A stretch of 64,000 nt of DNA from contig CAXXSM010000076.1 in the NCBI GenBank assembly GCA_963663405.2, positions 112,779 to 176,778 of the forward strand, written 5' to 3'. Shown piece by piece: positions 1-10,012 of the stretch (the stretch's first letter is position 1; each line of letters opens with the position of its first letter). Both the position numbers and the translations under genes were made by a program. Origin of the DNA: a bacterium. GTDB taxonomy: Bacteria > Hinthialibacterota > Hinthialibacteria > Hinthialibacterales > Hinthialibacteraceae. The notes below the pieces were generated by a model, which was not told where the DNA came from, searched no databases, and was given only the letters and a program-made list of their open reading frames with translations.

Positions 1-698
1 ATCGGTGGGAATAGAATTCCCGACTCTGCTTCCATGAGTGTCATCGTTGGACGAACGGTAATGGTAATCGTATCATTCGCAGGCGGATTCACTCCGTCTT
101 TTACAATGAAATACAGAACGTACGTTCCCGGCGACTTCGGCGTGAAAAGAGGATCGGGAGCTGAATTGGTCGAAAATTGGTCTAAAGAAACATTCGGACC
201 GGATAGAACTGACCAGGAATACGTATAATTTGCGGTTCCACCCGTCGCAAATCCATTTAATACGATGGGCGAAAAAATCTCCTGATCCTCTCCGGCGTCA
301 GCGGTGATTGGACTCTCCTCTTCGGGATTGTAACCTGGAGTACTTTCGTCCCCCTCTCCTATCGTAAACGAGATTTCTTCGGAAAACTCGCTCTCATTGA
401 AATACTTGTTATACGATTTCAGGGCAAAAAAATAAGTTCGGCCTTCCTCCAAATGGGTAATTGTATATGTGTTCACATTCCCTACATCAATCACCGAATC
501 GTATAATCCACTCTGCGTTCCATAATAAACATTGAAACCGGTCTGCGTGGAATTAGGATGAGGATCCCAGGTAAGAGTCACCTCTCCAGCGCCGCTGGAT
601 TGGGATTGCGATAGAACGGCTGTAACTATAATGAAAAAAATAAGAAGGCTTGGATACCTATTTAAAAACCAATTCAGTGGATAATGAGAGGAAACCAT
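1..698 (-). CDS. Secreted protein with FN3 and PKD-like domains, 5' part only (runs off window; absent from ORF track)
   Basis: Manual translation from ATG 698 (GGGAGGAGGG upstream): signal-like N-terminus, FN3 (VTLTWDPHP..GFNVYYG..YTITHLEEGRTYFFALKSYN), PKD-like (ADAGEDQ..YTYSWS..PGTYVL); open to position 1. Confidence 0.8.
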   Translation of the reverse strand, partial: MVSSHYPLNWFLNRYPSLLIFFIIVTAVLSQSQSSGAGEVTLTWDPHPNSTQTGFNVYYGTQSGLYDSVIDVGNVNTYTITHLEEGRTYFFALKSYNKYFNESEFSEEISFTIGEGDESTPGYNPEEESPITADAGEDQEIFSPIVLNGFATGGTANYTYSWSVLSGPNVSLDQFSTNSAPDPLFTPKSPGTYVLYFIVKDGVNPPANDTITITVRPTMTLMEAESGILFPP

Positions 699-1266
699 AA
701 TAAGAACCTTCCCTCCTCCCGGTCAAACAACACAGGAGAAAGCAAATTCGACCGAATGACTGCCTGTAATCAAAGGTTCATCCTAGTGATTATGTTTATT
801 TATTAAACCATCATGATCGAAAACACAACGATGAAAGGCCAAGGCATGTTTTTTTCTGCCCTGACATAATTCTGTATTACTTCAATTTAAGATCGGCCGC
901 GTTTTCGACCTGCAAATCTGAAAATTTATTATACCTTTTAATTTACATTATGTCAAATTACATTTCCTTTTAATTCATTATATTCAATTTTATCCTTCAA
1001 TCATATTCTGATAGCGAATAATTTCGGAAAAACGAAATGATTAATAGAAAAAGGATTACAAAATCGCTTGAATTAGTCGATCTATAATAACTCAATATGC
1101 GGAACAAATATATTTCGTTACGAGCATAACTATATTCTACAGCAATTTGAATAAAATAGATGATTTTTTCTAGTAATTTGATAACTACAGGATGAGATTT
1201 TCAATGAATTTGTAGCAATTATTCATGTATTCTATTTGTAGCAAGTGGATGATCGGTATTGAATCA

Positions 1267-2244
1267 TTACCGGCCCTTTGAATCTTTGGAAAAGGTCATT
1301 CGTGAGGATGGTTGGGCGCGCTGACTAGGCGCGCTGGGTGTCGATTTCGTTTCACTCGCTCGGGCGATGGATGGGCTGGAGGATGAAGTTTGATTGATCT
1401 TTGCGTTGATCCCATCTTCGATCGTATCGATATGACTAATGATTTCTTGTTTCTGTGATATCACACGGTCGATTCGGATAATCTCATTCAACTGTTGCCG
1501 CAGCGTTTCCTTCAGTACTTTTACATTAGAGAGTTGCAACGTCGATTGTGATATTTTGCTGGCTTGAAAACTGCTCGATTGGCTCTGAAGAGATTTCAAT
1601 CGCTCATGCACTGCGTTAAACAGATCCTCATCCCCCGCCTGCGCCGCGTCTATCCGGAGTTTTTCCAGCAATACGCTTCGCAGATTCTCATAAAAATCGA
1701 TCTCCAATACGATTACGTTTTTCCAGCATTGAATTAAATTTAGGCGCCCGGCCAAAGCTTCGTGGATTTTCGTACCTAAATCGGACAGTTCCTTGGAATA
1801 GGAGGCTTTCAGGCTTTGGATTTCCCGCCGGTATTGAGTCCGGGCGCTCGTCTGGCAATCCGGCTTCTGGATTTCCTTCTGCAGATTGTTGTACCGTTTG
1901 ATTCCCGGTTTGCTCTCGATTTGTTGGATGGATGTTTCCGTCACCGAGAGTGGACCGGCGATCTTATCCGCGCTATCCCTCTGTTTGTTTAATTTCTTGA
2001 TGATATCGACCACCCATGCGGGTAATTGTATGTTCGATCCTTCCGGCGTTTTGATGACGGCGTCCAGTTCCTCAAATGTCGCGAATGGGCCAAACTCTTT
2101 TTCTTGTCCTTCAACAGGAACTTTCATCGCAAGAGATTGCACTTCTTCAATCTCGCAATCGATCTGACCAACGACTTTGGATGGTTCTCCATTTGCTAAT
2201 AATATAATTAAATTTCGCAGGTCTGCTTTTGCCGCCATGTTCAC
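1267..2244 (-). CDS. Hypothetical coiled-coil protein with Ser-rich tail
   Basis: 325 aa ORF, heptad-rich (L/I/E/K/Q), no family recognised. Confidence 0.7.
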   Translation of the reverse strand: MNMAAKADLRNLIILLANGEPSKVVGQIDCEIEEVQSLAMKVPVEGQEKEFGPFATFEELDAVIKTPEGSNIQLPAWVVDIIKKLNKQRDSADKIAGPLSVTETSIQQIESKPGIKRYNNLQKEIQKPDCQTSARTQYRREIQSLKASYSKELSDLGTKIHEALAGRLNLIQCWKNVIVLEIDFYENLRSVLLEKLRIDAAQAGDEDLFNAVHERLKSLQSQSSSFQASKISQSTLQLSNVKVLKETLRQQLNEIIRIDRVISQKQEIISHIDTIEDGINAKINQTSSSSPSIARASETKSTPSAPSQRAQPSSRMTFSKDSKGR

Positions 2245-2974
2245 CTGTTCAAATACTTGATACTATTGGTTTTCCTTGTCGCGAATCAATTCTTCTCATT
2301 GACAACCGGGCCGGCTTCGTTTATTGGATATAATATCTTATATAATATAATCAAAATTGAAATCAATTTCAAATCGTATGAATCCACAGATAATTATTTT
2401 TTTTCTATTTTTTAAAATTGCTGTTCCTGTCTCATGATCAATTACCGAATGGTTGGGCTTTCCAGATTTAGGCCAAAAAAATACCGTCTATTGCTTTTCA
2501 CAATACGAGTTATATGAGTAAATTGTTTGTTTTTGCGGTATTATATTATTATTAGAAATACATTATCTTTATTTCTATCTTCATAAATGCGCTTTAAATT
2601 CCAATGCCTTGTTTCTCACGAGGCTCAATCCCCAACTCTCTTCGATAATTTTCTTTCTAATTCATTATAATGGGGAAAAAAGAAAACGCTACATTGTATC
2701 TGCAGGTTATTTGCTCCCCCTATTATATCCACTGGAATTGAAGAGTATCGTGAATCCTGATTTTCGATAAAATATATTTTATAATATGAATCTAATTAAT
2801 TTGAAATCCTGGACACCGTCTTTTCTTTCAAACCGCAATACGAATTTGAAGAAAGGAAACCTAAGGATACAAATCGATGTATTATGTGGAACGCTGGAGG
2901 TTGGTTTTTCATTTAACACTTACAAGAAAAAACAGAATCGCCTGAATAACAAGGCGTCACGAGGGAGAAGAACA

Positions 2975-3631
2975 ATGGGGAAAAAAAGGAATGTATTGCA
3001 TGGATTCACGTTGATTGAACTGCTCATCGTCGTCGCCATTATTGGAGTGCTCGCGGCGATCGCCGTTCCGAATTTTCTGAATGCGCAGATCCGCGCGAAA
3101 GTGTCGCGCTGCTACGCCGATACAAAAGCGCTCGGAACGACCATTGAAATCCTGCGGATGGATAAAGGCGTGATGCTGGTCGATTGGTGGGACGACGACC
3201 GGGAATGGGGTCATGAGCGTCTCCGCACGATCTTCAACATGGTCGGCGCTGGAGACTTCGAAGCGCGGGGCCGTAACGCCGTGCTTGCGCCGTTGACGAG
3301 TCCTGTCAACTACATGTCATCTATTCCAAAAGATCCGTTTCAAAGCCCGGCGATCGATGGCGGCTGCTACTATTATTACCTCGACAACGATCCCGAAGAT
3401 CCAACCGACGATCACGATTTCCCCGCCTACAAAGAAGGCACAGCCGAAGTGTATGGCAACAAACCGTTGAAATCGGGAGAATGGGCCATCGGCGGTATCG
3501 GCCCTGATGGGGAATGGTACGGGGCGACATGGACCGACGCCACCTCCAACGCCCGTGGCAGCAAATACGATCCCAGCAACGGCCTCTCCAGCCGCGGCGA
3601 TATCATGCTCACCTCCCGTGGGATCGATTAA
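2975..3631 (+). CDS. Prepilin-type N-terminal cleavage/methylation protein (pilin/pseudopilin-like) #1
   Basis: G|FTLIELLIVVAIIGVLAAIAVPNFLNAQIRAK; start moved to ATG 2975 after GAGGGAG; C-terminal YDPSNGLSSRGDI. Confidence 0.9.
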   Translation: MGKKRNVLHGFTLIELLIVVAIIGVLAAIAVPNFLNAQIRAKVSRCYADTKALGTTIEILRMDKGVMLVDWWDDDREWGHERLRTIFNMVGAGDFEARGRNAVLAPLTSPVNYMSSIPKDPFQSPAIDGGCYYYYLDNDPEDPTDDHDFPAYKEGTAEVYGNKPLKSGEWAIGGIGPDGEWYGATWTDATSNARGSKYDPSNGLSSRGDIMLTSRGID

Positions 3632-3710
3632 TGGAGCGCGAGCGTCCCGCCCGTGAATTTGGATACATAGAGTGAGTGTTTCAATTGTGTATCCTACAAT
3701 AATGAATCAT

Positions 3711-3753
3711 ATCCTGAACATCCTGCTAATCTTGCCCATCCAGATTCAGACAA
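3711..3753. repeat. Four degenerate 9-bp tandem units (ATCCTGnnn) between convergent genes
   Basis: atcctgaac atcctgcta atcttgccc atccagatt cagacaa. Confidence 0.5.
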
Positions 3754-3765
3754 AAAAAAATCCAT

Positions 3766-4443
3766 TCACCCCATCTCCCCAACCGGCCGTATAACCTGTT
3801 CGTGAGAGATCTCCTTAATTCGCCCCTCATCAAAGAGAAATATCTGATTGGCGAGACGAACCGCCTCTTCCCGGTTATGCGTGATATGCAGAGTCGTGAC
3901 ACCTGTATTTTTCGTGATGGATTGTAAGAGACGGCACATCTCCGCGCGTGTGTCGTCATCTAACGCGCTCAGCGGTTCATCCAAACATAAGATCGGAGGT
4001 TCAAACGATAACGCGCGAGCCAGCGCGACACGTTGGCGCTCCCCCCCACTCAGACCCTCCGGTTTTCGATCGAGCAGATGGGTAATGCCGATCGACTCCG
4101 CGAGAAAGCCAATCCGTTCTTGGATTGCCTTTTTCGGCCAGCGGCGTATGGACAAGGCGAATCCAATATTACGGCGCACGGACATAGTCGTAAACAACGC
4201 TCCTTCCTGCGGGACAAAACCAACGCGCCGTTCCGCCGGTTTTAGTTTTGTCACATCCCGGCCGGCGAGATGAATTTGTCCGCTTTTGATGGAACGCAAT
4301 CCGCAGATCGCTTCCAACACCGTTGTCTTGCCACAGCCGGTTTTGCCCATTAGAACGCCATAGTTACCCGCCGCGACGGTCAGATTGATATCCCGCAGCG
4401 AAAACGTCCCTAAATCGATGGATAGATTCTGAATCGTGATCAT
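3766..4443 (-). CDS. ABC ATP-binding subunit, molybdate/sulfate/tungstate class (ModC-like)
   Basis: Walker A GKTGCGKT, LSGGERQRVALARAL, LDEPLSALD; overlaps permease stop. Confidence 0.85.
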   Translation of the reverse strand: MITIQNLSIDLGTFSLRDINLTVAAGNYGVLMGKTGCGKTTVLEAICGLRSIKSGQIHLAGRDVTKLKPAERRVGFVPQEGALFTTMSVRRNIGFALSIRRWPKKAIQERIGFLAESIGITHLLDRKPEGLSGGERQRVALARALSFEPPILCLDEPLSALDDDTRAEMCRLLQSITKNTGVTTLHITHNREEAVRLANQIFLFDEGRIKEISHEQVIRPVGEMG

Positions 4444-5336
4444 GGCGCCCTGCGGTAGTTTTCAAACGTTTTCCCACCGAGAAAACGCACCAACACTAAT
4501 ACAACGATCGCCGCCGCCACCATAATCAACGAAATAGCCAGCGCCCCTTTGACGTTCCCGATCCCCAGTTCCAAAAAAACGGATACCGGCAGGACTTCGG
4601 TCCGCATACGAACCGATCCCGCGAAGACCAATATCGGCCCGAACTCGCCCAGCGCCCGCGCCCAGGCCAACGTTCCCGCCGTTAGAATCCCCCGGAACGA
4701 TTGGGGCAGAACCACCCGCCAAAACGCCTGGCTGTGATTGCAGCCCAGGGTAAGCGCCACATCTTCCTGCCGGGGTGAAATCTGATCAAACGTAGCCCGC
4801 ATTGTCCGTACGGCGAACGCGCACGCCACCATGAATTGCGCGAGAACCACAGCGGGGATCTGAAACACAATCCCCGCGTCCCGGCCGAAGAGTTTTTTCG
4901 ATACGATCCGGAAAAGATCATCCACTGTAAAAGGGTCGCTGTCGGTTCCCGCCACCGTCAATCCAAACAAAATCAACAGACTCAATCCGATGACTAATGG
5001 CGGCAGCACAATCGGAATATCCAAGATCGAGTCAATCAGAATCTTTCCCGGAACCTTGAACCGTGACAAGAGATACCCAATCGGCAGCGAGACGATCACC
5101 GACAACACGGCGGTGATCGTACACGTGATCATACTCAGGCGGATGGAATATTGTATATTCGGATTGCGCAGCGCGATGGAAAAATCGTTCCACTCGACTT
5201 TGAGCAATCCCGCCACAATAATCATCAAAATAAAGAGGATATAAAAGGAACTTAACGAAGCGAACAGCGTAAAGAATGGAATATCCGTTTTAACGCGGTA
5301 TTCATGGTTTGGAGTGGATAACTGCGTAGATTTCAC
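4440..5336 (-). CDS. ABC permease, molybdate/sulfate class (ModB-like)
   Basis: DIPIVLPPLVIG and WARALGEFG motifs, multiple TM helices. Confidence 0.85.
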   Translation of the reverse strand: MKSTQLSTPNHEYRVKTDIPFFTLFASLSSFYILFILMIIVAGLLKVEWNDFSIALRNPNIQYSIRLSMITCTITAVLSVIVSLPIGYLLSRFKVPGKILIDSILDIPIVLPPLVIGLSLLILFGLTVAGTDSDPFTVDDLFRIVSKKLFGRDAGIVFQIPAVVLAQFMVACAFAVRTMRATFDQISPRQEDVALTLGCNHSQAFWRVVLPQSFRGILTAGTLAWARALGEFGPILVFAGSVRMRTEVLPVSVFLELGIGNVKGALAISLIMVAAAIVVLVLVRFLGGKTFENYRRAP

Positions 5337-5359
5337 GAATCGTTTTATATTGATGGGAA

Positions 5360-6280
5360 TCAGGCTTTTGCGAGAGCCTTTTGGAGTTTTTCGATATAAC
5401 GGGGAACCGCTTCCATTGGTTCTTCATTCGATTCGTATTCGAGAGCGACATAGCCCCGGTAACCAGCCTCCCCGATGATATCGACGATCCGGTCGAAATC
5501 GGCTTCGTATTTTTGATTGGAATCGGACCACATTTCGACTTTTATCTGTACGTTGACAGCATAAGGAGCCGCTTTTTCGATCTCTTTGTAGGGATCGCTG
5601 GTGTGGAAATTGCCTGTGTCGAGATTGACGCCGAACCATTCGGAATCGACTTCATCGACGATCGCGAGCAGACCTTCGGCGTCCGATACGATCCCACCGT
5701 GGTTTTCAAGCGCGAGGATAATCCCTTTCGTTCCGGCGTATTCACAGGCTTCTTGGATGGTGTCGATGGAATATTGCCGGGCCTGCCGTTCATTGGCGCC
5801 GTCACGCACTCTTCCCGCGAAAATCCGGATGCAGGGGGCGCCGAAAATGGCCGCGTAATCGACCCACTCGCGGCAGTATTCAAGTTGCTTATCCCGCTGC
5901 GGACCGGGAGGGTAGGTGAATTCATTGCCGATCGCAGTGGCGGAAATATCCAGACCGAGCATGAACGCTCTCCGTTTGTACCGGATGAAGTACTCTTCCA
6001 AAGGATATTTGGGGAAGTAATACGATGTCGGTTCCGCCGCATCCAATCCCATTTGGGCGCATTCATATAGAAATCCATCCATATTCATGGTGTAGGGATC
6101 GGGATCGTTGAGGTACTTGCGGAAGGAATATGCGGAGAGACTCGCTTTCATTTTGGGATCGACTCCACGGATGATGGGAGGGATCGCCTGCGTAACCGTT
6201 GGGTGAGCCGCTAAGGCCGCCACACCGGAGAGCGCGAGTAAGCTTTGTTTAATAAATTGCCGCCGGTTTGGATCTATCAT
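5360..6280 (-). CDS. Tat-exported sugar phosphate isomerase/epimerase (AP endonuclease 2 TIM barrel)
   Basis: NRRQFIK Tat motif; ALENHG, NLDTGNF, ALEYE metal motifs. Confidence 0.85.
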   Translation of the reverse strand: MIDPNRRQFIKQSLLALSGVAALAAHPTVTQAIPPIIRGVDPKMKASLSAYSFRKYLNDPDPYTMNMDGFLYECAQMGLDAAEPTSYYFPKYPLEEYFIRYKRRAFMLGLDISATAIGNEFTYPPGPQRDKQLEYCREWVDYAAIFGAPCIRIFAGRVRDGANERQARQYSIDTIQEACEYAGTKGIILALENHGGIVSDAEGLLAIVDEVDSEWFGVNLDTGNFHTSDPYKEIEKAAPYAVNVQIKVEMWSDSNQKYEADFDRIVDIIGEAGYRGYVALEYESNEEPMEAVPRYIEKLQKALAKA

Positions 6281-6773
6281 CGTTTTTTTCCTTTCCTGCT
6301 TAAATTCAACGCTCCAAAATTATAATGAATAAATGAATCCGTTGAAGATGGTTTGTTCCACCATATGTCATTCCAACCAAGAAGTCACCCGGTAAGATTC
6401 AGAAATAGTCTTGTTTTTCCGAATTTGTTCCACTCAAGAAAATACCATAGAATCCTTGCGATATCCAAGCCCAAATAGCAAAAAAGGATGGGAAAAATAA
6501 AACACCGTTTCATTTCGGTTGATGGCTGCTATGAACAGATATATCTTGTGAATTATAGATACGATACGGAGACAAAAAGGCCCTGCAAAGCGTGACTTAA
6601 GCATAACTCATCTATGGAAAGTACGTCATCATCTATCTCAATGAGTTTCTATCTAAAATTTTAACTTTTTGCCGTTTCTTAATAGAACAATAAATCCTTT
6701 TCGTTTATTGACGATAATAATACGATAGGCCTCGTTCTATCTATGAACGATCGATTTCGAATGAGAACCAATT

Positions 6774-8060
6774 ATGCCACAGTCCGAACATTTAGAACGC
6801 TTAAAAAGAGATATCGACTCCTGGAATCAATGGAGAGAGGAGAACCTGGGTGTTCTCCCCGATCTCAGTTGGGCGGATCTGAGTAAGATGGACTTGAGTG
6901 AAGCGAACTTGATTGTGGCGGACCTGAGTCATGCGGATTTACGGGAAGTGAATCTGAGTCATGGAGATCTCCGGCAGGCGAATTTAACGGGAACGGACCT
7001 GAGCGGGGCGGATCTCTTCCGGGCGAACATCAGCGATACGGAAATGATTGAAGCGGACCTGAGCCGGGCGGACCTGCGGGAGGCCAATTTGAGCGGGGCG
7101 GATCTGCGTTGGGCCAATCTGCGGGGAGCGGAGCTGAGCGGCGCCAATTTTGATCGTGTGAAATTCCGAAAAGTCGATCTGAGTGGAGCGTATCTTTTTC
7201 AGGCGAATTTTGTCGGCGCCGATCTCCGGGACGCGGATCTGAATGACGTTAATTTATTGAAGGCGAATCTTAGCGGGGCGGATCTAAGTGGCGCGAACCT
7301 GTGCGGGGCGAATCTGAGTGAGGCGAATCTGAGCGGCGCGCAGCTGGATGGGGCGGATCTGATGTTTACCAATTTTACGAGAACGACGCTGACAAAGGCG
7401 AATTTTAAGCGGGCGAAATTGTTCCGTACCATTTTCGCCGACGTGAATCTCAGCGAAGCCATTCACCTGGAAAGCGTCGAACATTGTTTTCCTTCCACCG
7501 TCGGTGTCGATACATTTTTCCAGTCTAAGGGGAAAATCCCTGACGCGTTTCTCCGGGGAGCGGGTGTGCCGGAAAATCTGATTGTTTATAAAAACCCATT
7601 AACTCATGACGCGAATCATTATTATTCCTGTTATATCAGCCATAGTGATAAGGATAAGGATTTCAGCGAAATGCTGTTACTGGCGCTGCGGAAAGAAGGG
7701 ATTCGCGCCTGGCGGTTCCCGGAAGAGATCAAGATGACGGAATCGATCCGGTGCGAAATCGGCCGCAGCATCGACCGCCGGGATATTTTGCTTTTTATTT
7801 GTTCCGAAGAATCTCTAACAAGCGCCTGGGCGATGGAAGAAATCGAACACGCGTTGATGAGAGAAGAGACGGAAAACATACAAATCCTCTTCCCGGTCAC
7901 TATCGATCCATTTCTCGAATATTGGCAAGCGCCTTTACAGAAAGACCTTCTTAACCGAATCATCGTAAATTTCAGTGGTTGGTCTCAAAACTCACAGATT
8001 TTATATCAGCGGATTCCTCGATTGATCTCTGCATTGAAAAAGAAGAAGAATTCTTTCTAA
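6774..8060 (+). CDS. Pentapeptide-repeat protein with C-terminal TIR domain
   Basis: Long A(D/N)LxxA array; TIR begins YSCYISHSDKDK and contains SAWAMEEI. Confidence 0.9.
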   Translation: MPQSEHLERLKRDIDSWNQWREENLGVLPDLSWADLSKMDLSEANLIVADLSHADLREVNLSHGDLRQANLTGTDLSGADLFRANISDTEMIEADLSRADLREANLSGADLRWANLRGAELSGANFDRVKFRKVDLSGAYLFQANFVGADLRDADLNDVNLLKANLSGADLSGANLCGANLSEANLSGAQLDGADLMFTNFTRTTLTKANFKRAKLFRTIFADVNLSEAIHLESVEHCFPSTVGVDTFFQSKGKIPDAFLRGAGVPENLIVYKNPLTHDANHYYSCYISHSDKDKDFSEMLLLALRKEGIRAWRFPEEIKMTESIRCEIGRSIDRRDILLFICSEESLTSAWAMEEIEHALMREETENIQILFPVTIDPFLEYWQAPLQKDLLNRIIVNFSGWSQNSQILYQRIPRLISALKKKKNSF

Positions 8061-8093
8061 AAGAGTGGAGAGGATTTCAAGCCCGTGATTGCT

Positions 8094-9974
8094 CTACTTC
8101 ACTCGTGGAGCGAAGATCTCAGCGAAACGATCCGGTTTGTCTTCATTGCGGACGATATCCACGTATCGCGGTCCTCCATCGTATTGGATGGTAACAGTTT
8201 CGAACACTTCATCTTTTAAAAGGAGCAGTTCAACCGATCGTGTTGTTGGGCTGTCCGCGATCGCGTCTTTCAGGCGGTTTTCGCTGAATTTTTTTCCATT
8301 TACACCGATGATTTTGACGCTGTCGTAAAGTCCCGCTTGATCCGCTGGGCCGCCTGGGCTGATTTCCGTGATCTCACCAGTAGTTGAGACGCGCATACCT
8401 AATGATGTGAGAGAATGATCTTTATCATAATCTGTTGGTTTAGGTGAATATTCAATCCGGTAGCCTAGACGATCGAGAACAGTCAGGGGGAGTTCATCAT
8501 GCCATCCGCGCACGCGGTCTTCGATCAGCGCTTCCCAATCGTATGGAAGCAGCTCATTTAGTATTTCAACGATGTCTTTTTCTTCATAACCCATGAGCAT
8601 TTGGTTTTTATCGTACCGGCCAAGAAACCGCTGGATAAAATCGTCCAGGCAGAGTTTCGAATCGCTTTCTTCCTGGAGAATGGTGTCGATTTCATACCAG
8701 AGGAGCGCGCCTTCAAAATAGTAGTCTTGTGGCCGGTATAATCTCCGCCAATGCTCACTTCCCCGGCGGCGCAGATAGGAAGATGACGCGGTGTCTTCTA
8801 GATTGATGGAACGGCGGCCTTTCTGCAGCATCAAAGAGACAATAGTCTTGCCCACGCCTACCCATTCATCCCGCAGGCCGCCTTCGAAGGATGTTCGATC
8901 CTTGGTTTCAAACAGGCCGGAGCGGGTGGTTAGAACAACGCCGATGTATTGATCCAATCCTTCATATACCCATAGCAATCGAAGGTCTTTCGGTACTTGA
9001 TAATCAGGAGTGGCCATCCCTTGGGGACGGTGGTATTTACCGCACCAGCGATGCCCGTATTCGTGCGTAATGAGGTGGCCGGTGACGCGCAGCTGGTCTT
9101 CTTCCAGGCCGTTGGCGCCAACAACGTTCAGACTTGATCGCATATGCTCTAATCCGATAAACGGCAGGTTGTCACTTAACATCAGCAGGAAATGGTAGTC
9201 ATAATCGTGTCGCTTACCGAACATCACCATCGCTTCCGCAACCATCTTGCGGATTTTATCCAACGTTTTTTCATCGGGGTGAAGCCTTGGTTTCGATTCC
9301 GCTAAGAGATGGAGAAAGTGGGGCGTTCCACCGTCTGGCGTTACATCGATAAAGCGATACCACTTACCGCAGACCAACGGGCTGTCGACGAGTTCACGGA
9401 TAGACACTGGATTAAACTGAATGGTACCTTCGTCCTCTTTTTGAGCGGTTAATGAGGAGCCCCATTTCCATTCTTTGGGTAATTGAAGAGTGAGATTGAC
9501 ATTGATATCGCTGATATCGTATCCCTTTGGATAGAGGAGGCAGGTGTTCCATGCGATGATTCCAAGCTGGGATGTGCCATGCGTGTCGACACCCAGCGAA
9601 TATGCTGGCGCCGCTTGGTTGCAGATGTAGGTTGTATCGGCCTGAATCCGGATTACGCCGTTTGGAATATCGATCAGGAAATGAAATACGTCATGGGGAT
9701 CGCGGGTCCAGGATAGGCGTTTTCCATCTTCTGTGGAGAAGAAAATTTCGGCCAGATTTTGAATCGGGCTTTTGGGACCGTGCACACCTTCAACCCATTT
9801 GGGGTAATAGAGATCGAAGACAGGGCCGCTGACATGATAGGTGGAAGACGCTTTGAGCAAACCACGGGGTAGATCCCTCGCGTCCACATCCAGCGTCATT
9901 GTCGCCGCCGCGCTGGAGGAGACGGCCGCTGTGATTAGAAAGATGGCTAATAAGAGACATTTCTGATTCCGCAT
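8094..9974 (-). CDS. M61 family glycyl aminopeptidase with C-terminal PDZ domain
   Basis: Signal peptide, GLEH, HEYGHRW zinc motif, LWVYEG, PDZ (GGPADQAGL). Confidence 0.9.
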   Translation of the reverse strand: MRNQKCLLLAIFLITAAVSSSAAATMTLDVDARDLPRGLLKASSTYHVSGPVFDLYYPKWVEGVHGPKSPIQNLAEIFFSTEDGKRLSWTRDPHDVFHFLIDIPNGVIRIQADTTYICNQAAPAYSLGVDTHGTSQLGIIAWNTCLLYPKGYDISDINVNLTLQLPKEWKWGSSLTAQKEDEGTIQFNPVSIRELVDSPLVCGKWYRFIDVTPDGGTPHFLHLLAESKPRLHPDEKTLDKIRKMVAEAMVMFGKRHDYDYHFLLMLSDNLPFIGLEHMRSSLNVVGANGLEEDQLRVTGHLITHEYGHRWCGKYHRPQGMATPDYQVPKDLRLLWVYEGLDQYIGVVLTTRSGLFETKDRTSFEGGLRDEWVGVGKTIVSLMLQKGRRSINLEDTASSSYLRRRGSEHWRRLYRPQDYYFEGALLWYEIDTILQEESDSKLCLDDFIQRFLGRYDKNQMLMGYEEKDIVEILNELLPYDWEALIEDRVRGWHDELPLTVLDRLGYRIEYSPKPTDYDKDHSLTSLGMRVSTTGEITEISPGGPADQAGLYDSVKIIGVNGKKFSENRLKDAIADSPTTRSVELLLLKDEVFETVTIQYDGGPRYVDIVRNEDKPDRFAEIFAPRVK

Positions 9975-10012
9975 TGTGTAGATCCTTTCCATGACAGAAT
10001 TGTAAATGGATT

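Noticed and set aside
2786-2974. Long N-terminal extension of pilin #1 in the ORF track
   Set aside because: AT-rich upstream sequence; the RBS and the short paralogue leaders support a start at 2975.
5381-6070. Long antisense ORFs (also 13205-14077, 23922-24620, 50430-51383 and many short ones)
   Set aside because: They shadow well-supported genes on the opposite strand and show no motifs.
6860-7460. 15-bp periodic DNA repeats as a CRISPR array or VNTR
   Set aside because: Fully explained by pentapeptide-repeat coding; no spacers and no cas genes.
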